DNA from: a virus
Taxonomy: Duplodnaviria > Caudoviricetes
IMG/VR virus record: IMGVR_UViG_3300031555_002578
Reading direction: 5' to 3' (one strand)
Length of the DNA stretch: 64,000 nt
Shown here: positions 11,722-20,142 of the stretch, piece after piece
How the letters are laid out: each line of letters opens with the position of its first letter
Position numbering within the stretch: the stretch's first letter is position 1
Made by a program: the position numbers and the translations under genes
Notes under the pieces: model-generated
The model's database searches: none
Told to the model about the DNA's origin: nothing
The model's input: the letters and a program-made list of their open reading frames with translations, nothing else

Positions 11722-11865
11722 TGAGAAGTTGGGGAATCGAACCCCAAATAAAACAAATTTTCACGATGTTTGCCTACAATGTGGAGTACATTATCCAGAA
11801 TCAGATTAACGAGGATGTACTTAGACGGGTATTGCAGATTGTTTTTATTTTCCTACATACTTCTC
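11722..11865 (-). ncRNA. tRNA-capped RNA D (no D-arm, structured cargo)
   Basis: GAGAAGT/ACTTCTC-A acceptor, AATAAAAACAA/TTGTTTTATT helix, TGGGG-TTCGATT-CCCCA T-arm, inner AGTACAT/ATGTACT helix. Confidence 0.7.
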
Positions 11866-11878
11866 ATATTATATAAGT

Positions 11879-12339
11879 TACCCACCGTTTATCAGCCTTG
11901 CAGATGCTTACGGACAATATCATTACTCCAAACTGTAACTCAAGGATTTTGTAAAACGTTTTTCTTTATCGGGACTATAAGAAACCAACATCATCATAAA
12001 TTGAGTACATACTATATTCCAAATTAAATCATTAAACAATCTTTTAATAGAATATAAGTCCCTTCTTTGCACTTTTAACTTTATTATTTAGAACTGAACT
12101 TTGAGCATTGAACTTTAATTCTTTAAACCTTGAACATTGAACTTTACAGTGCATTAGAATCCGTTTCTATAACGGGAATATAATTTCATCTTGTAAAATA
12201 TGTAATATGTTTTTAAGAATAATGCCTTAACAGGGCAGTTCTTGATAATATCGGATTTTATTTATCTTTTTACATTGGTCTACTTTCCGATTAAAAGACA
12301 AATGAATGATAGTTAAAAGTTTCCGATAAACGATGGATA
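11879..12339 (-). ncRNA. About 460-nt structured RNA with heptamer repeats (ARRPOF-like, from recollection)
   Basis: 15-bp terminal helix TATCCATCGTTTATC/GATAAACGGTGGGTA with G-U pairs, GGGACT/AGTCCC and CCTTG/CAAGG helices, central AAAGTTC repeats; no ORF. Confidence 0.7.
12065..12145 (-). repeat. About 11 imperfect 7-nt tandem repeats (consensus AAAGTTC)
   Basis: AAAGTTC AATGTTC AAGGTTT AAAGAATT AAAGTTC AATGCTC AAAGTTC AGTTCT AAATAAT AAAGTTA AAAGTGC AAAG. Confidence 0.85.
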
Positions 12340-12363
12340 TTTTTATTTAGTTAGAAACACTTA

Positions 12364-13017
12364 TCAATAAGTAAATTCGATTTCTGTCAGAGAATTGCTC
12401 ACAGACAGAGCAGAATCAATTTCAACGAGGAAATCATTGATTTTTGTTTCCAGTTCTCTAATTTTATCAACGATTTTAATTTCATCAATAAAATCATAAG
12501 AATTCTGTTCAATGTATTCTTTTTTAGCCAGAGAAGCATTTTCGCCTTTCTTAGCATCTTCATTAGAACCATACATTTCTACAATGTATTTTTCTGCTTT
12601 TCTTTCCAGTTCATCACCATTTCTCATAGTGATAGTATTCTGTTCTTTATGATACTGTTTTTTCAGTTCTGCCAGAAGGTACTGGTCATACTCAACGCCA
12701 TGATTTTTCATCTCAATGGCTTCTGCAACAGTACATTCAATATCATTGATTTTTACCATTGTAACTGCATTGGACAGAACCAGTGCTTTTTTCATGGCAT
12801 TTCTTCTTTTGATTAGAGAAGTTGCTCTGTCATAATCACCTTGCATTTTTGCTCTGTAATCTGTCAGAGTAATGCCAGAAATCTTCATATTAGAATGTTT
12901 GTTTGCAATACAGTATTTACCTGTATCGATTGCATCAATGATTCTTTTATCCATTGTTTTCAGTTCCGCTAAACATTTGTGTACGGACATTCTTTCAGTT
13001 GTAGCCATAATTAACAT
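12364..13017 (-). CDS. Coiled-coil protein, DIP1984/DUF6847 (septicolysin-annotated)-like
   Basis: M(S)VHKCLAELK.MDKRI..LI.RR..MK.A...SNA.T.V....TVAEAI..EID.ALS.SN..T.IE. Probable start at 13008 after AGGAG. Confidence 0.75.
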   Translation of the reverse strand: MLIMATTERMSVHKCLAELKTMDKRIIDAIDTGKYCIANKHSNMKISGITLTDYRAKMQGDYDRATSLIKRRNAMKKALVLSNAVTMVKINDIECTVAEAIEMKNHGVEYDQYLLAELKKQYHKEQNTITMRNGDELERKAEKYIVEMYGSNEDAKKGENASLAKKEYIEQNSYDFIDEIKIVDKIRELETKINDFLVEIDSALSVSNSLTEIEFTY

Positions 13018-13051
13018 CTCCTTTTAAATTTTGATTTTTGAATTTTAATGA

Positions 13052-13126
13052 AAAATCGTACTGGGAATCGAACCCAGTGTTCCTGCTGTGAAAAGAGCAG
13101 AGCCTTTACCTCTTGGCTAACGATTA
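13052..13126 (-). tRNA. tRNA-Glu-like with 8-nt anticodon loop (CT-TTTC-AC)
   Basis: GCC-AAGAGGTAAA-GGC D-arm, CTGCT-CTTTTCAC-AGCAG anticodon arm, CTGGG-TTCGATT-CCCAG T-arm, 6-bp acceptor AATCGT/ACGATT. Confidence 0.7.
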
Positions 13127-13129
13127 CTT

Positions 13130-13757
13130 TGCCATCGTCATGGCTATCTCAGTTCCCACACTGAGATATTTTACAGGCATAAGTCTATCATTTGAGTGAT
13201 AGTTATGTATGTTGTTGTAAACAGATTATTCAGTACCTTCAACTGTGGTTACATGACTATGTATGAACCAGAATCTAAAAACCAACAACCAGAAATCGTT
13301 TCTACATTTAAGGTGACAGCCTATATAATATACTTCGATTTCCATTTTCGCTTTCACCTCTGTCACGATGAAAACTGAACGACTGTAATAATGTTAATAT
13401 CTTGAATCTCAAATAGGCAGAAAAAATACAAGATATTTAGATTACAGTATGATAGTTCAATAAAAGAGAATAGCATATATTGCACTATCGTTGTTTGTAC
13501 CAACCATCCACACAGATACAAACTTGTCCATCTTCCATAATTATGGACTTCCCACATTGTTAAAGTACGCTTAATCGGTTTTGACTTGGCTGAAAACAAT
13601 TCAGAACGATAAGCCAGAATCTAATGTGTGCTTGTGGTATAAGTATGACACATCAGATGTTGTGCAATTAAAACCACACAAACTTCATTGCACTTGTCTT
13701 ACGCATTTATGATGTTATTTACAACAGAGCAATGGGATTATAAGACATTCCACCCAA
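13130..13757 (-). ncRNA. About 600-nt multi-helix RNA candidate (ROOL/GOLLD size class)
   Basis: Long-range TGTTGTAAA/TTTACAACA pairing (13718-13726 with 13213-13221), many nested helices, no credible ORF, flanked by tRNAs. Confidence 0.55.
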
Positions 13758-13761
13758 GTAG

Positions 13762-13855
13762 CGGCAACGGAGGGATTTGAACCCCCATGTCGGATGCAAA
13801 GCCGACACAACTGATTTCAAGTCAGTGCCGTTATAACCAATTTCGGTACGTTGCC
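13762..13855 (-). tRNA. tRNA-Ser(TGA)
   Basis: GGCAACG/CGTTGCC-G acceptor, ACTGA-CTTGAAA-TCAGT anticodon arm, long variable arm. Confidence 0.93.
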
Positions 13856-13865
13856 ATTATAAATT

Positions 13866-13933
13866 TGGAGAACTGTGGATTTGAACCACTCTACCCCGTA
13901 AAGGGTGTGCTAACCGTTACACTAACGCTCTCC
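13866..13933 (-). tRNA. Aberrant tRNA with shortened anticodon arm (TAC in the loop)
   Basis: GGAGAGC/GTTCTCC acceptor, GTGT/GCAC D-stem, ACCC-TTTACG-GGGT mini-arm, GTGG-TTCAAAT-CCAC T-arm. Confidence 0.65.
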
Positions 13934-14071
13934 AGATTGTGACTGATTTCTCAGTCACGATACATAGCAACTCTATAACCCTTTATGAACCTAGAAAGGA
14001 ACGTGTAGATATCAATTTAAACCAATTTGTTTACCAGACAAATTTTCGACCAGTATTAAATTGATATCTGA

Positions 14072-14153
14072 TTGGGAAGGAAGGATTTGAACCTTCACAC
14101 ATGTAACCATGCTAGGGTGCTACCCTATGCGTCTGCCATTTCGCCACTTCCCT
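14072..14153 (-). tRNA. tRNA-Leu-type body with collapsed 3-5-nt anticodon loop
   Basis: GCG-AAATGGCAGA-CGC D-arm, TAGGG-TAGCA-CCCTA anticodon arm, CATG/CATG variable arm, GAAGG-TTCAAAT-CCTTC T-arm. Confidence 0.75.
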
Positions 14154-14195
14154 AGATTGTGGCTGAAAATATCAACCACATGTCCTAAGACTAAA

Positions 14196-14278
14196 TCGGG
14201 CTAACGGGAGTTGAACCCGTACTGCTCAAAGCAAATGGATTTTAAGTCCATCGTGTCTGCCTGTTCCACCATAGCCCG
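14196..14278 (-). tRNA. tRNA-Leu(TAA)
   Basis: CGGGCTA/TAGCCCG-A acceptor, ATGGA-CTTAAAA-TCCAT anticodon arm, long variable arm. Confidence 0.93.
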
Positions 14279-14285
14279 TTATTGC

Positions 14286-14429
14286 ATGATGATTTACTAA
14301 TCTAACTTCCCGTAAAAATGAATGCTTTTGTATGTAAAAAACAAAAATCACATTTTAGATGAAAAGTTATGTATTATGTTTAAAAATTTTGAAAGACGTT
14401 TTGCAGAAGTTTAATCAGCAAATCATCAT
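14286..14429 (-). ncRNA. Rod-shaped RNA candidate between two tRNAs
   Basis: ATGATGATTTGCTGAT/ATTAGTAAATCATCAT (16 bp, G-U pairs on the minus strand) plus AACTTC/GAAGTT. Confidence 0.55.
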
Positions 14430-14435
14430 ACTAAA

Positions 14436-14509
14436 TGGGTCTTGAAGGACTTGAACCTTCGACCGACCGCTTATGAGGCGGTTGCTCTGACCATCTAAGC
14501 TAAAGACCC
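14436..14509 (-). tRNA. tRNA with CAT anticodon (Ile2-like or Met)
   Basis: GGGTCTT/AAGACCC-A acceptor, ACCGC-CTCATAA-GCGGT anticodon arm; lacks initiator features. Confidence 0.92.
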
Positions 14510-14512
14510 TTA

Positions 14513-14845
14513 TGGGGTGATAGTTTTACCAAGATAGTTACAGATTGCTACTCTCCTAACTATCCGTTACTCCAACTAACAAGGATGCACATTATATGTA
14601 TAACCCCACGCAGGACAGCATTTCCCTACTTCCACACTTTCGCAGTGGCATTGCGTCTAGCATCTGATAACTTTCAATCACTTTCAAACTACTTACGTTC
14701 TCCTTGGTTCGTTTGATTGTAATTACAAACATGGCAGTCAACATAACCATTACTAGATTAAAGCGTTATCCTTTCGGACGAGTGAACTACCCACTCCTAT
14801 GAACCTAGCCGTTAGTTCTTTCCTAACAGTCAGAGGATATACATT
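14513..14845 (-). ncRNA. GNRA-rich structured RNA candidate at the 5' end of the RNA island
   Basis: TCC-GAAA-GGA, CCAC..GAAA..GTGG, CTGTTAG/CTAACGG, GAGTG/CACTC, GATAGTTA/TAACTATC and TGGGGT/ACCCCA helices; no ORF. Confidence 0.5.
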
Positions 14846-14895
14846 TTATTAAGTTTTTGTTATTTAAATAAGGAATTTTTGTGGAAAACACCACA

Positions 14896-14924
14896 TTGAC
14901 ATGAGAAGAAAAAATATGTAAAAT
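14896..14924 (+). promoter_or_regulatory. Sigma-A promoter for an antisense sRNA
   Basis: TTGACA-17 nt-TAAAAT, with TG immediately upstream of the -10. Confidence 0.75.
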
Positions 14925-14928
14925 AAAA

Positions 14929-15033
14929 GAGCAGGTGTATCCTGTATATTATAAGATTCTTTTCAGTGTCTTGTAATGTTTTTGGTTTCGACCTCACTAC
15001 AAACTTTGCCGAGCCAGTAGTGAGGTCTTTTCT
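14929..15033 (+). ncRNA. About 100-nt sRNA ending in a terminator (skipping-rope-like loop ACTTTGCCGAG)
   Basis: Own promoter; GACCTCACTAC/GTAGTGAGGTC hairpin followed by TTTTCTT. Confidence 0.6.
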
Positions 15034-15046
15034 TATTTACATCCTT

Positions 15047-15075
15047 ATTATACCAAACATACATTCGTTTGTCAA
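15047..15075 (-). promoter_or_regulatory. Consensus sigma-A promoter driving the RNA island, overlapped by a LexA-like box
   Basis: TTGACA-17 nt-TATAAT; CGAATGTATGTTTG in the spacer; CGAACATTTGTTTG at 15096-15109. Confidence 0.8.
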
Positions 15076-15118
15076 GTATTTTTTTGGATTTTTTACGAAC
15101 ATTTGTTTGTTTTCCATT

Positions 15119-15448
15119 TTATTCATCTATTGCTTCTTTTTGTGCAAAAGTAATACAGTGAATAAAATTCGGTTCTTTCAAAACATTCATAAGTTCCATT
15201 CTTCCAAAAAAGGAATGGTTTTCGTAATCAATGGATTTCGCTTTTTCAATCAGTTTATATCCATCAAACTTTTTCATCCATTCTGTATTCCCACTGGTAT
15301 GTGTTTCTACATTAATAATAGTTACACAAATATTATCAGAAGGGGATTCATCTATTAACCTTTTTGCTTCTTTTTTAGAAACATACTTGGTAACGACTGT
15401 ACGATTGTATTTTCTTTTGCTTTCTCTCATCGTAACACTTCCTTCCAA
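15119..15448 (-). CDS. Hypothetical protein coupled to the MazF-like gene
   Basis: 109-aa ORF overlapping the stop of 15427-15810. Confidence 0.65.
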   Translation of the reverse strand: MEGSVTMRESKRKYNRTVVTKYVSKKEAKRLIDESPSDNICVTIINVETHTSGNTEWMKKFDGYKLIEKAKSIDYENHSFFGRMELMNVLKEPNFIHCITFAQKEAIDE

Positions 15449-15810
15449 TTAATTTTTTCACCATAGAAGAACGATAAATAACATACTTTATTTACTTTAT
15501 TTTTCTGATTTGGGTTTGTAATTACTCCCAATTTTCTTACAACTTCACTTTTGCATATAGTAGTTAGTTGTTCACCAAGAAGCATCGAATAGTATTCTAG
15601 CCCATTTTCTGTCTCTACATCAAGACATTCATGTGTTGGTAAATATTCTTTTTTAATGACATGAGTTAGAGGAACTACTGTTACTACTTCTGCACTTGAA
15701 GTACCACGTTCATTACTTACAATTATACATGGTCTTCTTTTGCTTTGCACAGAACCAGTGGCATTTCTATTTTCAACTTCTATTACATCGTATCTATGAA
15801 ACTCCATCAT
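15427..15810 (-). CDS. PemK/MazF-family endoribonuclease
   Basis: RYDVIEV..GSVQSKRRPCIIVSNE..VVPLT..LPTH..EQLTTI motifs. Confidence 0.85.
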   Translation of the reverse strand: MMEFHRYDVIEVENRNATGSVQSKRRPCIIVSNERGTSSAEVVTVVPLTHVIKKEYLPTHECLDVETENGLEYYSMLLGEQLTTICKSEVVRKLGVITNPNQKNKVNKVCYLSFFYGEKINWKEVLR

Positions 15811-16002
15811 ACTGTTCCCCCTTCCCTATACAATTTTCTTGCTGGCTAATAAGTAACTGCTTAGTCACTTATCATCTGTCTATATAATACCATATTTACC
15901 ATAATAATGCAAGTTTTATTTTATATTTTTCAGGTAAATTTTATACAAAAAATCAAATACAAACTTGATTAAAACTATTAAAAATGATATAATTCAAATA
16001 TA

Positions 16003-16269
16003 GTGAGTGGAAATGAATTCCAAGGAGGTGTTTCTGTGAAGTTTACCAACGCAGAAGAACTTTATATTTATTTCAGACAGATTATGCTCTATGAAAGAAT
16101 AACTGTCAAAGACCTTGCCAACAGAATGAATAAGTCTCAAAGTGCTGTATCTATGGCTTTTAAGCAAAAGAATTGCACCACAGATACATTGCGTGAAATG
16201 GCAGAAGCCATTGGTTATGACCTTATTATTGATTTTGTTCCAAAGCAAGATAAGGAGAAAACTGGTTAA
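16003..16269 (+). CDS. XRE-family HTH regulator, divergent from the MazF-like gene
   Basis: ITVKDLANRMNKSQSAVS..TLREMAEAIGYDLIIDF; promoter TTGATT-17-TATAAT at 15965-15993. Confidence 0.8.
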   Translation: MSGNEFQGGVSVKFTNAEELYIYFRQIMLYERITVKDLANRMNKSQSAVSMAFKQKNCTTDTLREMAEAIGYDLIIDFVPKQDKEKTG

Positions 16270-18961
16270 TCCAGTTTCTCTTACATAATATACTTCGATA
16301 TAATCTCCTACATTTCTCTCTATATTATAAAAGGACTGATAATCAAATCAGTCCTTTTTATATTTTCCTATTAAATATTGTGTTATTAAATTTATATATT
16401 CATCAAACTCTAAGTGACCATCAAATAAATCAGAATGTTCAGTTCTGTGATATCCATTCCAACAATGTTCTGCACCACAATTTTCAAAACAGAACTTATC
16501 TCCATTGTTTAAATTACAACAACGCATACAATCTGGTTCTTCATGGTCTGCATTATATATAATTAATCCCATAATTATTCACCTACAATTATATCAATGC
16601 AGTTATTCCAACCATCCTCATAATCTCCCCATTGAAGTTTAATAGAAAGGTTTCCCTCCATCTTTTTGGGAAGTTCTCTTAAAGGACATCTATCCATTTT
16701 TCTTTCTCGTGTTCTAAAATTATAGCCTCTAACTTCTTGTGTAAAACGGCACATAGGATAGTCTCCACTATCATCTAACATAAAACATTTATCACAGCAT
16801 TCAGGCATATCCATAACTAAAACTGCTTTCATCTGTATCACCTACTCAAAACTGATTAATAAACTCTTTAAACTGTTCAAATTCTTCTTTATTCATAATA
16901 AGTTCAGAATAATAATAATCTTTACCTCTTAAAATATGCCAAATTTTCTTTAATCTCCAAAACAAACCATACTGATTAATATTCCACTGAGTATCCATAA
17001 GATGTTCAAAACAATAAAAATCTTCATCTTCTTTGTCAATATGGATAGATACTCCTTCCATACAACCACAACCACAAGTAATTACACATTCATTCTTTTC
17101 TTTATTTAAAAATATCATAATTCATCCTTCTCTCTACCACACATATATACACCATAAACAAAATCTATTAATAAAGATATACTAACATTAATAGTCAATA
17201 CAATTAAAACGATTAAAATTGGCACATGCCATAATGGAACTGTTGTATTTTCATATCTAATAGTAATACATATCATGTATAATATCATTAAAAAAGGAAC
17301 AAATATTAATATTTTATTTATCATAAATATCACTTACCTTTTCCCATCAATATATTGCTGAAATGTAATATTTTTTGTATTTTCAATTATATCACTTCTT
17401 CCTGCCACAAAATTTCCTAATTCTGTAATAAAGTGATTAATCCACCACAAATTCATTCTATATTTGGTATTGCACACACAATATAAAATATAATGGTTAG
17501 CATCATAAATTCCTTCACGATAAGAAGATTCTTTTATTAAATCAATTTCATTTTTAGTTAATTCATATACTTTTTGTGTTGTCGTAATATCTATTTCTTT
17601 TTCTTTCATAAATTATCCTCGATTTAATTGCTTAACTTTTTCTCTACATTCCAACATTCGTTCAAAACTAAAAGCATCGATATGACCATACTGGCATAAA
17701 TCTTTACACATAATCAAATCTGCATATAATGCGTAAAATCTTGCTTTCACATCTTTTTCTTTTTGTGCTTCATAAAAAATGTTGGAAAGTTCAACAAGTT
17801 CAGATGAATTTAATGTAACAACAACTTCTTGCGTTGTTTTGTCGATTCTTAATACTTCCATTTAATCACCTCTTATATTCAATCCATTTATCTGAATCTT
17901 TAAATTTTACTCTAATCTTTAAAGGCAATCCATCTTGTACACTATTAATTGATTTATAAACTCCAACAATAGTTGCAGTTTCCAATACTTTGTGTTTATG
18001 TTCACACTCTAATGCCTTTTCTTTATCTGCATAATCTGTATTACAATATTCACAAGTATATAAAGTTTTTTGTTTCATAATATCAACTCCAACCAAATGA
18101 CACTTTTATTGGCATTTTAAAACCATTTCAAACCCCAAATTACGCCAAAAACTTTTTGACTTTTCGATAAATTCACTTAATGTAATTTCGTGATATTCAT
18201 AATCATAACGAGAAATTGCAATCATTTCTGGATAAGTGTCAATTTTATGTTTGAATCTTCCAATATGAATACCATAATAATTACATATCTTTTCTAATTC
18301 TTCCTCATTATTTACTCTATACCATGTTGTAGTTGTCTCATCTTCAATTTCTTCAATGTCATCAACAATATAAGGTGGAAATACATTTCCTGCCACTTTC
18401 AATTTATCAACTTCTACTTTTTTACGATTACGTTCCAAATCTCTTTCATATTGTTTACATGAACCTTCATGAGTAAATTCCTTACCATCTTCCGCAATAT
18501 AAATAGTCATCTCTTTTGTAACCGTTTCTGTTCTTGTTTTCATATAATCACCTTCACATTTATTTCATAAACCAACGTTCTTTTTCGTTGTCTTTCATTG
18601 TCAACACAGAATCTTCTTTTATATCTTCGTTCCACTGTAATAATTCTAACATATCACCATTTTGTTCAATGTTATTTGCCTGTTCCAAATGATTAATAAT
18701 AAAATCAATTTGAGCATCAGTTAATAAATTAACTTCTCTTGTTCCATCCTGATTAATTAAAAAGAATCTATATCGTGCATTTCTGGCATAGAAAATAACA
18801 TATCCTTTTTCATACAGAAAATCTTCTGCGAAAATGCCATTGAAAAATTCTTCTCCATAAACTTCAAGAACTATATCCAACGCACATTCCGTATGAGCAA
18901 ACATTGGACATGATGTATATGTACCATCAGGTGCTAAAAATCCACAAAGCATATTATCACC

Positions 18962-19228
18962 TCATTTATCTACATATAAACTTCCATCTACATTTAATCT
19001 AGGAGTAATTGTGACACCCCCACCATGAAATACATCGTTATTAACAACAATATAATGAACACCAGTATCTTCATCTAAAAGAACCATTGTTTCAACTGTT
19101 CCATAATCGTTTTTATCCCATAATGTAAAAGGATATTTTTTCTGTTCCGCAATTACTTCACTCACTGGAGAACACGCACCTACCATAAATGCCAGTGCCA
19201 AAGCACTTGCTGTTAAAAATTTCTTCAT
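18962..19228 (-). CDS. Putative lipoprotein, DUF6440-like
   Basis: Signal peptide with VGAC lipobox; D.DTGVHYI..GGGVTITPRLN.DG motif. Confidence 0.7.
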   Translation of the reverse strand: MKKFLTASALALAFMVGACSPVSEVIAEQKKYPFTLWDKNDYGTVETMVLLDEDTGVHYIVVNNDVFHGGGVTITPRLNVDGSLYVDK

Positions 19229-20142
19229 ATAATCACCTCTACTATCATTCTTACCAAAATCTAAGTGTTGCCTTGTCTTTATGGCTCATCATTCCCTCCA
19301 TAGTAATTAAATTATCAACAATCCAGAAATCTCTCCCATCACCATAGTTATTTTGTTTGAGATGTTCAATAAGTTCCCTTACTTCTTTTTTAGTTAAATC
19401 ATAAGAGGAATTTTCACATGGAGTAGCATTTAATTTATGAATAAGAAAGATAATAATATAATCAAAAAAATAACATGCTGTAAATTTATACTGTTTTGTT
19501 TCAATTGTTAAATCCACAATATCACTTCCTCATAAATCACGAATTTCATCAATACAACTTCCTTCCACAAGTGGGACAATAATACACAGTGAATTCATCT
19601 TTGTGATTATCGTCCACACCAAGTTTCCAATTCTTTCCTGTAGTGTCGCAACGCAGAACCATTTTACCTACGCCAATTCTACCTTCCAGTTTTGCAGTTC
19701 CGTTAACCAGAACAGTTTCAAATTTTTTATGATTACATGTGCTACACATTATTCTTCCACCTTCTCAATCTTAGGTAACTCTCCATACACTGCAAACGGT
19801 TTCCGTTCATCATTTCCAACATAATACCTTAACACCTGATGGATATTCCATGCCATGTTAGATTCTGTATCATGACCAATTCCATAAGTGTGTAATTTTC
19901 CTTGCAATTTAGGAAAGATAAATTCTCTTGCTTCGTACATTTTATTTTCCGCTTTATCTCTACGGTCTAACCAATCATGAAATTCTTCATCAGACATTTT
20001 CTCTGTTCTTCCGATAAATTCCTTATCCATACAGAATTCCACAATTCTATCAAACTGTCCAAGTCCAATCCTACAATATAAATCACAAGCGTTAGATACG
20101 AGTTTTGCCTGTTCTTCTGTAAGTTCCAGTTTGTATTTCATT

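Noticed and set aside
10551-11865. tmRNA interpretation of the tRNA-capped elements
   Set aside because: Too short (83-172 nt), no G3-U70 pair, no tag ORF or pseudoknot series.
12065-12145. CRISPR array
   Set aside because: Repeats are 7-nt tandem units without spacers; no 25-40-bp repeat-spacer array or cas gene is visible in the window.
10719-13599. Short ORFs inside the RNA island (10719, 10769, 11249, 11770, 13196, 13363)
   Set aside because: They overlap tRNAs or structured RNAs and lack RBS and coding-like composition.
10368-14509. Theta (HDV-like) ribozymes at tRNA 3' ends
   Set aside because: No trailer inspected by eye shows the P1/P3/L3/P1.1 consensus; only the atypical pseudoknot at 11144-11220 was kept as a finding.
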